A stretch of 64,000 nt of DNA from Candidatus Thiovulum stygium (lineage in GTDB: Bacteria; Campylobacterota; Campylobacteria; Campylobacterales; Thiovulaceae): positions 148,970 to 212,969 of the forward strand of contig CP091137.1 in assembly GCA_021582295.1 (NCBI GenBank). Direction: 5' to 3'. The notes under the pieces were generated by a model. That model had not been told where the DNA came from. It worked only from the letters and a program-made list of their open reading frames with translations, and did no database searches. The position numbers and the translations under genes were made by a program. Positions within the stretch are counted from its first letter, which is position 1; every line of letters starts with the position of its first letter. Shown here piece after piece: positions 1 through 10,272 of this stretch.

Positions 1-1120
1 TTCGTCCATCACTATTTGCAACTATTGAATTTAACTCTCCAACTGTATCAAATAATGGAGCACCAGAAACAGCACTTTCACCAACTAACATTTCTACTGA
101 AAGATCTATTTTTGCAGTTTGAGCAGAAGGAACTGTAACAGGTATTTGTTCAGAATAACCTTTAAGTTTGCCCTCTTTATCTAAGAACATAGCCACTAAT
201 TTATAGTTTTCTTTAGCTTTTAGATTCTCAAGAACATATTCAGCTTCAGCTTTACCATCTTTATTAATAGAAGCAGTAACTGTATTAATATATAAATCGT
301 CAAATGTATATATATCTATAAGAACTGTTGAATCAGGATAAGCAGAAAGATTGAAATCTCTAATAGTTCCAGCAATGTTACCAATATTTGGATTATATTT
401 GATAATTGCAGAAGAAGATCTACTAATTCCAAGTTGATTTGCAACTTCAAAATAGACTTCATTTAAACCAATCTCAAGAGGTAAGAAAATGTCAAGTTTT
501 GTATCAGTTAAAGCTGTTTTTGCAAATTTAACTTGTTTGCCATTAACATAAGCAACTATTTCAGCACTACTTGTTAGCGATTTAAGATCAGCAGTTTGAC
601 CATTATCAGTTAATTTATCAAATGTTTCGATAGAAACTTTAGCTTTACCTGTTTCCATATCAACAGCATAATCAAGAACAGATGTTGTTGCAAGTCTAGT
701 TGGTTGCTCATTGCTATCTTTTAAAGAAATCGTAATTGTTCTATCGCTAGAAAAATTGTTGATTGTTTTAATAACAGGAATATAATTACTACCAGGAACT
801 TCAACTCTAATTATTCTATTTGAACCAGCTCCACCGATAACATTTTGGAATGTTGCAGATGAACCTTGAATTTTAGAAACAGATTCAGATTCAGCTAAGT
901 TTTGAGCAGTTTTGATTCCATCAACAGAGATAATTGCATTAGCAATTACAGCAGATTTGTTACCAGCATCTTCAACTTTTACAGTTAAGTTATAAACAGG
1001 TTTAGTTTTAATTTTAAGATCAAATCGTTTAATATCTTCTCTTTCAGAAGTATTAACCTCATCGATTTTATAGCTTGGAACATTAACAGATGGAGAATTG
1101 AAATAACCTAATTTACTAGC
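1..1120 (-). CDS. Partial CDS (3' part runs off the window): secreted repeat-type surface protein, last gene of the 1-9.8 kb surface-protein operon
   Basis: Absent from the ORF track because it has no ATG. My minus-strand translation is uninterrupted from about 1180 to position 1 (...SKLGYFNSPSVNVPSYKIDEVNTSE...VKVEDAGNKSAVIANAIISVDG...). The start is unresolved (TTG candidates at 1180 and 1168). The frame is +1 relative to the upstream 260-aa ORF. Confidence 0.5.
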
Positions 1121-1121
1121 T

Positions 1122-1904
1122 TCAATTCTTAATAGCGAAATATGTATTGTCGTTTTTATAAATACCAAAATCCATTTCAACTGGAGAGAATTCGCATAAA
1201 CCGACTCTGTCTGTAACATCATATTGAATAGCAGGAGTATAAACTGGTTTAGATGTAACAACACGATCAATTATTACATAATCTTTGAAAGTTTTGCCTG
1301 TTGCTTCTGAACGACCTTTAAGATCGATATAAGCTCTATCTCGCAATTGGAATTTTTGACCACTATCTGTAACTTTTAAATCAAGTGTAGGGATAATATC
1401 AAGTGAAAAACCATCATCAAACAATATCTCATTTTCGTATTTAGCTTTACCAGTTGCATTAACTTCAGTTAAAATTTTAGAAAGAGGCATTGCAAGTTTT
1501 TCTAAGAATTTATTTGAGCTAACAACTTGAGCAATTTTGTCAATATTAAGTTTTGTATTTGTAGATTTTTGAACAGAAATTAAACTTTCGATATTGTCAT
1601 TAGCAATATCAGTTTCAGAAGAATTTCCATCACCATTTGCTAAAACCCATTTATAACCATCGTTGCCATCTTTTGCAATAGCAACATTAACAGAATTACC
1701 ATCTTGTAACTCTATAGCTGAAACAACAACAAAACCCCAATCAACATAATTTAAAGTATAGTCTAATGGATTAAAAACTGTATCATATTTTGCTCGTAAA
1801 TAGCCTACATCTTTATTACCAATAACTCTCATTGATTCTAATATTTTGTCAATATCATTACTAAGAACATCTTCATTCCAATTTAATACATTCTCTTGCT
1901 CCAA
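1122..1904 (-). CDS. Hypothetical protein (260 aa) in the surface-protein operon
   Basis: ORF track. TTG start; overlaps the 3' end of the upstream 975-aa ORF by 32 nt. I recognise no motif. Confidence 0.55.
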   Translation of the reverse strand: MEQENVLNWNEDVLSNDIDKILESMRVIGNKDVGYLRAKYDTVFNPLDYTLNYVDWGFVVVSAIELQDGNSVNVAIAKDGNDGYKWVLANGDGNSSETDIANDNIESLISVQKSTNTKLNIDKIAQVVSSNKFLEKLAMPLSKILTEVNATGKAKYENEILFDDGFSLDIIPTLDLKVTDSGQKFQLRDRAYIDLKGRSEATGKTFKDYVIIDRVVTSKPVYTPAIQYDVTDRVGLCEFSPVEMDFGIYKNDNTYFAIKN

Positions 1905-4800
1905 TTGAAGTTATATTTAGCTCATCAAGTGATTTAAATAAGTCTTTTAAAGTGTTAAATTTGCCAAAGGTATGATAGTTGTTGTCATTAATTTTAGCCC
2001 AACTGTCATCGTTAAAATCATTTGTTTTAATTGCAAAACTATGTTCTTGACCATTTAATTCACCAACAACCTCTTTATACATTCCAGCAATATCTATCTT
2101 TGTAGCAATATAACCAATTGAAGGATATTTTCTATCTTCATTGATTGCATAATTTTTACCAAGATTATCTTTACTAGCTAAATCAGTTGCAACTTCGATA
2201 AAATCAGCTTGTTGATCGCCATTGATATCGTGTTCAACTTGAACTGCAATATCAAATTGACCACTCGCAGCAATTTTGACATCATCAAAATCAGAAGCTA
2301 ATGGCGATTTCATTGCTAGAGCAATAATTTGTTCATAAGCTAAAAAGTTTCCATTAGTAGCAAGTGAACCCTCTTTGATAAGAATCCATCTCTCTTCAGA
2401 AACTCTATTTAAAACTCTTGAAGGTTGTTTAGTTACAGTTGAAGGTTGTTTAGTTACAGTTGATGAATTTAGATCATCTTTATGTTTTTTGATAAACCAA
2501 CTATATTGTGCTCCAACAATTCCACCAACTTCGATACCAACTTTTTCAACATCATTAACAAGTCGTTTAACATCTTGATTAACAGTAGCAAGAGCAATTG
2601 GTGCAATTAGTTCTACATTTGCATTAGCAACAGCATAACTATTCTCATCTTTGACTTCACATTTGATTGTTGCATATTTTGGAGGAGCTAACATTTCTAA
2701 TGTAATATCAGTTGTTGATTTTCCATCTGAATCAGGAGTTTTAAGAGATGATAAATTCAAAGTTTTTGCAACAGGATAGTGATTTCCTTCAAGTGCAGAA
2801 ATTGTAAAATCTTCAATAGCACCTTGAGCTGATAAAAGTGTAAATGTAGCTATTCCGTTTGCATCAACATTTTTAATTAGTTCAACTCCACCATTTCCTC
2901 TAACGAGTTTAACAGCAGATTTAGTTAAATTTGTAGTTGATCCAGCTTCAAGAACTTTAATTTGAAGAGTATATTCGTTAGGTCTTAAATCTGGAGTTTC
3001 ATTTTTTGCTTGTTTATAATATGCAAACATTGGTTGAGGTCCAGTAAGAACACCATTGCTTGTTTTAATTAAAGCATTAAATTTCTTGCCACCATCTTTA
3101 AATACTGTTTTTTCTCCATTGCTAAGAGTAATACCAGTTGCATCTTTTGTAATTAATTCAAAATCTGCTCTTGGAACTCTACTCCAAACATTATTGTTAT
3201 AAACAAAAAGTTCAATACCATCGCTAATATTACCATCAGCTTTATCAACACCTTTTAATTTATCAAGAAGATCTTTAGTAGTTTTATTTGTGTCATCATC
3301 TGTTACTTCAGCTAACATATCAGCAGTTAAAGTAACTCCTAATAATCCAAGAATTTTATTAACATTTTCAGCATAATTTCCTGTATATGAAATAACATCA
3401 CTCCAAGATTGACCAAAGTTATATTCACTTTTAGCAGTTTTTGCAGAAACACTGATTTTACCAAGAGGAGAAATAGTATATCCAACCTCATCAAATTTAG
3501 TTTTGATACTAGAGTAATCAGGTAAAACCGACCAATCAGCACTTTTAACTTTAACAAAAGAACCATCAACAGCTACACCACCAAGAGGAAGATAAATTCC
3601 ACCTGCTGAACTTGTATAAGTTTTTTCAACTGTTGCTTCTGATAATCGAGATAGAACTCTTCCGCTTGTTTTGTCATCTGTTGAAAAATCACCATCAAGA
3701 GCAATTTCACCTGTTCCATCATCTTCACTTAAGAAAATATAATTAGCATTTCCATTACTAGAAATTGTTTGAACAGTAGAATCATATTTATTTTTAGAAA
3801 TATAAACTTTTTCAGATGTTGGCAAACTTGCTAAATATATAAATCCTGTTGAACTTGTTGAACCGATGAGGTCGCCAATTGAACCATTTGTTTCAACTTT
3901 ATAAACTTCAGCATCAGCAATAATCGATGGACTTCCACCTTCAGAAACTGAATAAACATAAAGAGAAGCTCCAGAAGTAGCTCTATTTTCTTTTATTTTT
4001 TTATCATCAAGTGTATTTGTTAAAATATTCTTTAAAGTATCAGCAAAATTAGATTTTGGATCAACTTGAGAAGATGAATATTTTTGACCATCAACAGTTT
4101 TTGAAATAATTACACTTGAAACTTTTGAGTAATCTAAAGATGTTGCCAATTCAGTAGCATTGTTCTCAGTAATTGATTTTTTTAATGCTGAAATATCTTG
4201 ACCTTCGCGATCAACATATAATTCAACATCTAATCCGTCAGCTGTTTGAACAGTCCCTGCTAATTTTTGGACTTTAACCCAGTAGCCTGAGTTAGAATTC
4301 ACACTTGTTAAAGAGTTTCTAGCTGAATTAATATTAAAAGTATTTGTAACATTTGTAATGACATCTATTTTTATGCCATCTATTTTTTGTTTTGAAGATA
4401 TATAAGATTTGATAGAATCAATAGAACCTATATTAGAGTTAAAAGATGTTAAATTCCAACCAGCTGATAATGAAACTTCATCATTGCTTAAAGGTGTTCC
4501 ATTTAAAGTAACATTCACATCGGCAGTTGCTTTAACCCAGTAACCTTTACCTACTGAAAGCTTTGTAAGAGAGTTTCTTGTAGCTCCCGCTGTATATGTA
4601 TTTGTTACATTTGTGATTTTTTGAATCTGTGGATAAGTTTTTACTAGAGTTGCAATATCCCATTCACCAGTTGATGACATGGATTTTTCTTGAACCCCAA
4701 CTAAATTCCAACCTGTTCGTATATTGACAGTTTGTGCTGTTGCAAGGTTTTGTAATAAAAGACCTGAAGCTACAGCTGATAATAAAAGTTTATTATTCAT
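1873..4800 (-). CDS. Large secreted protein (975 aa) with repeated GWNL...GYWVK modules
   Basis: N-terminal signal peptide MNNKLLLSAVASGLLLQNLATAQT. Repeated motifs GWNLVGV...GKGYWVKA and AGWNLTSF...NSGYWVKV. Long ORF with no antisense competitor. Confidence 0.75.
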   Translation of the reverse strand: MNNKLLLSAVASGLLLQNLATAQTVNIRTGWNLVGVQEKSMSSTGEWDIATLVKTYPQIQKITNVTNTYTAGATRNSLTKLSVGKGYWVKATADVNVTLNGTPLSNDEVSLSAGWNLTSFNSNIGSIDSIKSYISSKQKIDGIKIDVITNVTNTFNINSARNSLTSVNSNSGYWVKVQKLAGTVQTADGLDVELYVDREGQDISALKKSITENNATELATSLDYSKVSSVIISKTVDGQKYSSSQVDPKSNFADTLKNILTNTLDDKKIKENRATSGASLYVYSVSEGGSPSIIADAEVYKVETNGSIGDLIGSTSSTGFIYLASLPTSEKVYISKNKYDSTVQTISSNGNANYIFLSEDDGTGEIALDGDFSTDDKTSGRVLSRLSEATVEKTYTSSAGGIYLPLGGVAVDGSFVKVKSADWSVLPDYSSIKTKFDEVGYTISPLGKISVSAKTAKSEYNFGQSWSDVISYTGNYAENVNKILGLLGVTLTADMLAEVTDDDTNKTTKDLLDKLKGVDKADGNISDGIELFVYNNNVWSRVPRADFELITKDATGITLSNGEKTVFKDGGKKFNALIKTSNGVLTGPQPMFAYYKQAKNETPDLRPNEYTLQIKVLEAGSTTNLTKSAVKLVRGNGGVELIKNVDANGIATFTLLSAQGAIEDFTISALEGNHYPVAKTLNLSSLKTPDSDGKSTTDITLEMLAPPKYATIKCEVKDENSYAVANANVELIAPIALATVNQDVKRLVNDVEKVGIEVGGIVGAQYSWFIKKHKDDLNSSTVTKQPSTVTKQPSRVLNRVSEERWILIKEGSLATNGNFLAYEQIIALAMKSPLASDFDDVKIAASGQFDIAVQVEHDINGDQQADFIEVATDLASKDNLGKNYAINEDRKYPSIGYIATKIDIAGMYKEVVGELNGQEHSFAIKTNDFNDDSWAKINDNNYHTFGKFNTLKDLFKSLDELNITSIGARECIKLE
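2420..2461 (-). repeat. Perfect 21-bp tandem duplication inside the 975-aa ORF (STVTKQP x2)
   Basis: gaaggttgtttagttacagtt occurs twice in direct succession on the + strand. Confidence 0.9.
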
Positions 4801-4881
4801 AAATATCCTTGAAATAATAAAAAGAACGAATTTATAATCTAGTGCAAAATAAATGCACCAGATTAACTAAAAATTAAAAAG

Positions 4882-5121
4882 TTATTGGAGAACTAATTCA
4901 CTGTTATTTGTAACAGAAGATGTATCGATTTCAACTGTTTTGTTACCTAATTTAAAGAAAATCTTTTTATTAGCATAAGCAGATGAAAATTTCAATTCAA
5001 TAAAATTACTAGTATCACCAGCTGTTTCAACAATAAAAACTGTTGTTCCGTCTGTACCTTGAATAGGATCTGTTGGCAATGTTGCGATATCGCTACCCAA
5101 ACTCATAATTGATGAAGACAT
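4882..5121 (-). CDS. 79-aa ORF; possibly the displaced C-terminus of the upstream 1553-aa lipoprotein
   Basis: ORF track. Its frame stays open upstream to 5165 (AWNENKIAVSLTGTMSSS...). It is -1 relative to the 5130-9791 ORF, so one added base near T4 5145-5148 would fuse the two. Confidence 0.4.
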   Translation of the reverse strand: MSSSIMSLGSDIATLPTDPIQGTDGTTVFIVETAGDTSNFIELKFSSAYANKKIFFKLGNKTVEIDTSSVTNNSELVLQ

Positions 5122-5129
5122 TGTTCCAG

Positions 5130-8100
5130 TTAATGAAACTGCAATTTTATTCTCATTCCAAGCCTACTACTACTCAAATTATAATCAGTTGTAATGTTAT
5201 AGTTAACAGTTTGATTTTCATCTTTCGGTGCTTCAACAACACTAACAGTTTGGCTTTCTACAGCAGGATCGTTTGTAATTCCATCATTAACCTTAACAGA
5301 AACATTATATTCTCCAGTTGTGTTAAATGTATGCGGGAAATTTTTTGAATTAACATTTTGGTTTGTTCCATTAATTTCCCACATATAACTTAACACATCA
5401 TCATTATCGGCATCAATAACAGAAATATTAAATTCACAACTCTTATTTACTTCACAACTTGAAGGAAATTTAATAACTGTTATAACAGGATCAGAATTCA
5501 AAACTGTAATGTTTTGCTCTTTTGTTGTATTTTTGTCGTTAGCAGAAGCTATAACCTTAATTGGATAAACTCCAGATTTAGTAGGATCGAAGTTATAAGT
5601 ATTACCTGTTCCAACATTTGTTGAACCGTTAAACCAAGTGTAAATTATTGAAGAATCCGGAGTAACATTGCCATCAACTGAAAGATTGAAAGGTTTTGTG
5701 CTATAACCTGTAAAGTTATTATCAGCTATTTTAATTGCTGAAAGTTGTGGAGCTCCAAGTGGTAAAACTGTAATGTTAAATTCATTACTTGTTGCTGTTT
5801 GACCAATAGAATCGGTAGCTGTAACTTTACAAGCTGAATTTACAGGATCATTATTATTGTTTATAACAGTTCCGCTAATTAGACCAGTTGAAGAATGTAT
5901 AGTTACATTTGTAGGAGAACAATTTAAACCATAACTTAAAGTATCATTTACATCACTGAAATATAAAGAAGTTGAAATATTAAGATCTTTTCCGCTATAT
6001 AGTTGAATGGATGCTATTGTTCCAGTAAATTGTGGAGTTGTATTATTATCAAACGGATCAGTCGGTGCTTCAACAACACTAACAATTTGGCTTTTTACAG
6101 CAGGATCGTTTGTAATTCCATCATTAACCTTAACAAAAACATTATATTCTCCAGTTGTGCTAAATGTATGCGAGAAATTTTTTGAATTAACATTTTGGTT
6201 TGTGCCATTAATTTCCCACATATAACTTAACACATCATCATTATCGACATCACTAACAGAAACATTGAATTCACAACTCTTATTTACTTCACAACTTGAA
6301 GGAAATTTAATAACTGTTATAACAGGATTAGAGTTCAAAACTGTAATGTTTTGCTCTTTTGTTGTATTTTTGTCGTTAGCAGAAGCTATAACCTTAATTG
6401 GATAATTACCTGATTTACTAACCTTAAAGTTATAAGTTGAACCACTACCAACATTTGTTGAACCGTTAAACCAAGTGTAACTTATTTCAGAACTCGAAGT
6501 AATATTACCATCAACTGAAAGATTGAAATATTTGTTGCTATAACCTGTAAAGTTATTATCAGCTATTTTAATTGCTGAAAGTTGTGGAGCTCCAAGTGGT
6601 AAAACTGTAATGTTAAATTCATTACTTGTTGCACTTTGACCAATAGAATCGGTAGCTATAACTTTACAAGCTGAATTTACAGGATCGTTATTATTGTTTA
6701 TAACAGTTCCGCTAATTAGACCAGTTGAACGATTTATAGTTACATTTGTAGGAGAACAATTTAAACCATAACTTAAAGTATCATTTACATCACTGAAATA
6801 TGAAGAAGTTGAAATATTAAGATCTGTTCCGCTATATTTTTGAATGGATGCTATTGTTCCAGTAAATCGTGGAGTTGTAGTTTTTGTTACACAATAGCCA
6901 GTTCCATTAACTTCGTTTGTCATTAAATCGCAAACTAAACAAGTTCCATTTAAATCAAGACCATAACCACTAATATTTAATTCGCAATTATTTATTGGAG
7001 TTGTTTGATTACTATTATCAACACATTTACCATTTTCTGAATATTGTGTTGCTGAACAGGTTGGAGTTGTATTATTATCAACTTTAGAAATTATAATATT
7101 TCCAGATAGAGAATAGAGTTTTGCAAGATCAAATTTATTGCTAATATTGTTAGATAAATCTCCGCTGAAAGGTGAAACAAGAGAATTATTTGTATCAGCT
7201 TTAAATCCATCAAAACTATCTAAACCAGAAACATAAAGAGACATAGTGTAGTTGCCATCTTGAGAGAAGAATCTTTGAGCCAAAGTATCATTAGTAGAAG
7301 ATATTTTTTCATATATTAAATCTAACAGTTTTGTATGATTTAAAGATAATATTTGATTGCTATTTATAGTAATAACACGACTAAAATCTAAATTAGAAAC
7401 TTCAGTAGAAATAGGTGTTCCATTTGATTTTTTGCCATAACCATATAAAGTTGATGAACTATTTGTATCAACTGAAAGCTGATTATCGTTATAATTTAAT
7501 GTAACATTTGGAATAACTGCAAATATAACTCTATTTGAATTATCAACTATTTTCATACCAATTGTAACAATTTTTTTATCACTAGCTTCAAAAGAATTAG
7601 TAAGTCTTAAACTCATAATAAAGTCTTCTGATTCCACATTTGGAACTTCAAAGGTAGAATAATTAACAATACCAAAACTTCCGTTATTTAATATAACTGT
7701 TCTGTTAAGATCTTTATTTGTAATACCAAAAGTAACTTTATTTTCAGCAAGTGCTAAACCGTCTGTATCAGGTGTTGCAACAGGTTCTGCAATAACTGTT
7801 ATTGTGATAGTTTTAGTTGAACTTACACCATTTGCTGTTCCAATAACAGTTATTGTATGAGTTCCGACTGTGGTAAACACATAATTAAAAGTATAGCTAT
7901 CTGTATTTTGAACAATCCCGTCAATATTCCAAGAGTAAGTTGTATTAGGAATAGTTGAAGTTACAGTAAATGTAACTGTTCGGTTAGGATAAGTTTGAAG
8001 ATAATTAGCAAAAATAGATATATCTGGAGTAAGTGAAACATCTTTTGGAGCAATAACAACATTTAAGCTTTTTGTTTCAGTTAAACCATTTGCAGAAATA

Positions 8101-9791
8101 GTTAAAGATACAGCAAAAGTTCCACCACTATCAAATTTATGAGATAGAGTTGAACTTGAACCAACATTTGATCCATTAATAGTCCAGTTATATGTAACAT
8201 AACTTAATTTATCAATATTTGTAACATTTGCTGAAAACGAAAGAGTTTCACCAGCTTTTGCACTTGTTGAACCATTAATTGAGAATTCAGGAGCTATTTT
8301 AAGTTGAAGAGCTGATGAAAGGTCAATATCTTTTGCTTTGTCTGGATCATTTATTACCTCATTAGAAAGAAGAAGATTTGTTACAGTATTAAGATTGATA
8401 AATTGGTCATCTTCCGTTTCATTAATAAGCTTTGTAATTTGTGTTTGAATAGCTTGAATACCAATTGAGTCAATAGCATCAGCTATTTTTTCAGCAATTG
8501 CTACTAAGCTATTAATTTCAGCATCAGTTATAGCATTAGCTATTTTTGATAAATCATCTTCTAATTTCTTTGTAACAACTTCTGTAGCTTTTGAAGCAGA
8601 TTCTAAATTTTCAAAACTTTCAATTTTTAATGTAGCAAGAACTGTAACAAGTTTAGATACTGTTTTTGAAGCAGATTTCATTTTTACAAGCATTCTTGCA
8701 AATTTATCTAATTTTTCATTACTACTTTTTACACCTGAAGCTTTTTCATCAGCTTTTTGAATATTATTTATAATTTTGTTTGTGAAATCGTCGCTTTCTA
8801 AAAGGTTTGCAATATTTACTTCAGCATTAGTTCCGCTATTTGCTATTTCAGCAACTGTAGATATAACAGCATAAAATACTGTTGAAAAGTCAGTATCTGA
8901 CGAGTTTGCAATGACAGATTTCGAAAGAGATTCAGCCATTTTTTGAACAATTAAAGCTTGTTTAATCGCTTGAGAAGCTTTAATTTTTTCAGCATCAGTT
9001 CCATTTTTAAGAGTTGCAATTGGATCTTTATTTAACATTCCTTCATCAACACCTAAAGCTTTAGCAATTATTTTAGAAGCTTCTTCTTTAGCGATTGAAC
9101 TATTAGCTTCAACTAGTTTTGCAACAAAAGTTGTTAAAGGTGTTACAGGTGTTAAAGATATTACAGGCTCAGTTGGTTCTATATTTGTTAAAGTTGTAAC
9201 TTCAGCAAAAGAATTTTGATCTACAACAGCAGATAATTTACCTTCAAATGGTTCTCCAGTTGCTGTATCGATTCCACCAGAAACTTGAACGATTTGAGAT
9301 ATTGGTTTGTTATCTTTAAATCTTAAAGTCCAAGAACCTTTATCATTTGTTGAAACTTCTTGATCATCAAGTTTAACTTTTGAATCTTTTAAATAACCGT
9401 CAATTGCAACACCAGATAAATAATAGTAAATTCGTTTTGTTTCAACTGGATTTGTAGTTTTTGTTACACAATAGCCAGAACTATTTAACTCGTGAGTTGA
9501 AAAATTGCAATCTGAACAAGTTCCATTTGAATCAAGACCATAATCACTAATATTTAATTCGCAGTTATTTTTTTGAGTAGGAAGTTTAATTACACAATAG
9601 CCAGAACTATTTAACTCGTGAGTTGAAAAATCGCAAAATGAACAAGTTCCATTTGAATCAAGACCGTAACCACTTTTATTGAGATCACAATTTGTTTCTG
9701 TATTATAAACAGGATCGCTATCACTCGATGAACATCCAGCTAAAAGCAGACTCACAGTAGCACTAAGAAAGAAAAATTTATGTTTATTCAT
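5130..9791 (-). CDS. Giant surface lipoprotein (1553 aa) with Cys-rich modules and PKD/Ig-like repeats
   Basis: Lipobox signal MNKHKFFFLSATVSLLLAGC. Three copies of the Cys-rich module NCxLNxSGYGLDxNGTCxxCxxxTxExNxxGYCV. PKD-like segments (YxWxINGxxV...HxFxxxGxYxVxV). A 279-aa unit is duplicated in tandem. Confidence 0.85.
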   Translation of the reverse strand: MNKHKFFFLSATVSLLLAGCSSSDSDPVYNTETNCDLNKSGYGLDSNGTCSFCDFSTHELNSSGYCVIKLPTQKNNCELNISDYGLDSNGTCSDCNFSTHELNSSGYCVTKTTNPVETKRIYYYLSGVAIDGYLKDSKVKLDDQEVSTNDKGSWTLRFKDNKPISQIVQVSGGIDTATGEPFEGKLSAVVDQNSFAEVTTLTNIEPTEPVISLTPVTPLTTFVAKLVEANSSIAKEEASKIIAKALGVDEGMLNKDPIATLKNGTDAEKIKASQAIKQALIVQKMAESLSKSVIANSSDTDFSTVFYAVISTVAEIANSGTNAEVNIANLLESDDFTNKIINNIQKADEKASGVKSSNEKLDKFARMLVKMKSASKTVSKLVTVLATLKIESFENLESASKATEVVTKKLEDDLSKIANAITDAEINSLVAIAEKIADAIDSIGIQAIQTQITKLINETEDDQFINLNTVTNLLLSNEVINDPDKAKDIDLSSALQLKIAPEFSINGSTSAKAGETLSFSANVTNIDKLSYVTYNWTINGSNVGSSSTLSHKFDSGGTFAVSLTISANGLTETKSLNVVIAPKDVSLTPDISIFANYLQTYPNRTVTFTVTSTIPNTTYSWNIDGIVQNTDSYTFNYVFTTVGTHTITVIGTANGVSSTKTITITVIAEPVATPDTDGLALAENKVTFGITNKDLNRTVILNNGSFGIVNYSTFEVPNVESEDFIMSLRLTNSFEASDKKIVTIGMKIVDNSNRVIFAVIPNVTLNYNDNQLSVDTNSSSTLYGYGKKSNGTPISTEVSNLDFSRVITINSNQILSLNHTKLLDLIYEKISSTNDTLAQRFFSQDGNYTMSLYVSGLDSFDGFKADTNNSLVSPFSGDLSNNISNKFDLAKLYSLSGNIIISKVDNNTTPTCSATQYSENGKCVDNSNQTTPINNCELNISGYGLDLNGTCLVCDLMTNEVNGTGYCVTKTTTPRFTGTIASIQKYSGTDLNISTSSYFSDVNDTLSYGLNCSPTNVTINRSTGLISGTVINNNNDPVNSACKVIATDSIGQSATSNEFNITVLPLGAPQLSAIKIADNNFTGYSNKYFNLSVDGNITSSSEISYTWFNGSTNVGSGSTYNFKVSKSGNYPIKVIASANDKNTTKEQNITVLNSNPVITVIKFPSSCEVNKSCEFNVSVSDVDNDDVLSYMWEINGTNQNVNSKNFSHTFSTTGEYNVFVKVNDGITNDPAVKSQIVSVVEAPTDPFDNNTTPQFTGTIASIQLYSGKDLNISTSLYFSDVNDTLSYGLNCSPTNVTIHSSTGLISGTVINNNNDPVNSACKVTATDSIGQTATSNEFNITVLPLGAPQLSAIKIADNNFTGYSTKPFNLSVDGNVTPDSSIIYTWFNGSTNVGTGNTYNFDPTKSGVYPIKVIASANDKNTTKEQNITVLNSDPVITVIKFPSSCEVNKSCEFNISVIDADNDDVLSYMWEINGTNQNVNSKNFPHTFNTTGEYNVSVKVNDGITNDPAVESQTVSVVEAPKDENQTVNYNITTDYNLSSSRLGMRIKLQFH
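5222..6879 (-). repeat. Two tandem copies of an 837-bp (279-codon) unit inside the lipoprotein gene
   Basis: Three anchor strings recur at an offset of exactly 837 bp: cggtgcttcaacaacactaaca at 5226/6063, gaccagttgaa at 5882/6719 and tgaatggatgctattgttccagtaaat at 6004/6841. The copies differ by only scattered substitutions. Confidence 0.9.
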
Positions 9792-9819
9792 AAAACACCT
9801 TATATAAAATTTATAAAAA

Positions 9820-10266
9820 TTAAAATGGTTTAACTATTACTAGATAAACAACAAAAATAGAGATAAGAGTTGGGAATTCATTTAAGATTCTAAAAAATTT
9901 TCCAGACTTTTCACAAATATCGCTAGATAATTTTTTTCTTAAAATTTCAAGATAAATTTGAAAAATAAATAGTGAAAATATAAGCAATAGTTTAAGAAAT
10001 AGCCATTTATTATTATAAATATTTTTTTCAGAAAAAAAATCAGTTATATATATTAATATAGTTCCACTTATTATAGTTGCCCACATAGCAGGATTGCCAA
10101 TATATTTTATTAATTTATATTCCATTATTTTCACAACTTTTACAAAATCACTCTTTTCTCGATTTTCAGCATGATATACAAATAATCTTGGAAGATAAAA
10201 GAGCATTGCAAACCAAGATAAAAACGAAAGAATATGAAAGACTAAAATTGCATTGTAATAATTCAC
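9820..10266 (-). CDS. hemJ: HemJ-type protoporphyrinogen IX oxidase-like membrane protein
   Basis: FHILSFLSWFAMLFYLPRLFVYHAEN matches the conserved HemJ (UPF0093) N-terminal signature as I recall it. Four predicted TM segments; 148 aa. Confidence 0.7.
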   Translation of the reverse strand: MNYYNAILVFHILSFLSWFAMLFYLPRLFVYHAENREKSDFVKVVKIMEYKLIKYIGNPAMWATIISGTILIYITDFFSEKNIYNNKWLFLKLLLIFSLFIFQIYLEILRKKLSSDICEKSGKFFRILNEFPTLISIFVVYLVIVKPF

Positions 10267-10272
10267 TATATT

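Noticed and set aside
1873-1904. Treating the 975-aa / 260-aa ORF junction, and the junction near 1120, as further homopolymer frameshifts
   Set aside because: Frame arithmetic gives +1, not -1, at both junctions, and no homopolymer lies in the narrow switching windows. Overlapping TTG-initiated genes are an adequate explanation, so I left them as separate CDSs.
2375-6225. Short + strand ORFs (2375-2578, 5109-5348, 6003-6185, 6007-6225) and the 3339-3569 minus ORF inside the giant surface-protein genes
   Set aside because: They are antisense or alternative-frame shadows of much longer ORFs with clear signal peptides and domain repeats. Two are simply the duplicated-unit shadow repeated 837 bp apart. 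Their low-complexity products have no motifs.
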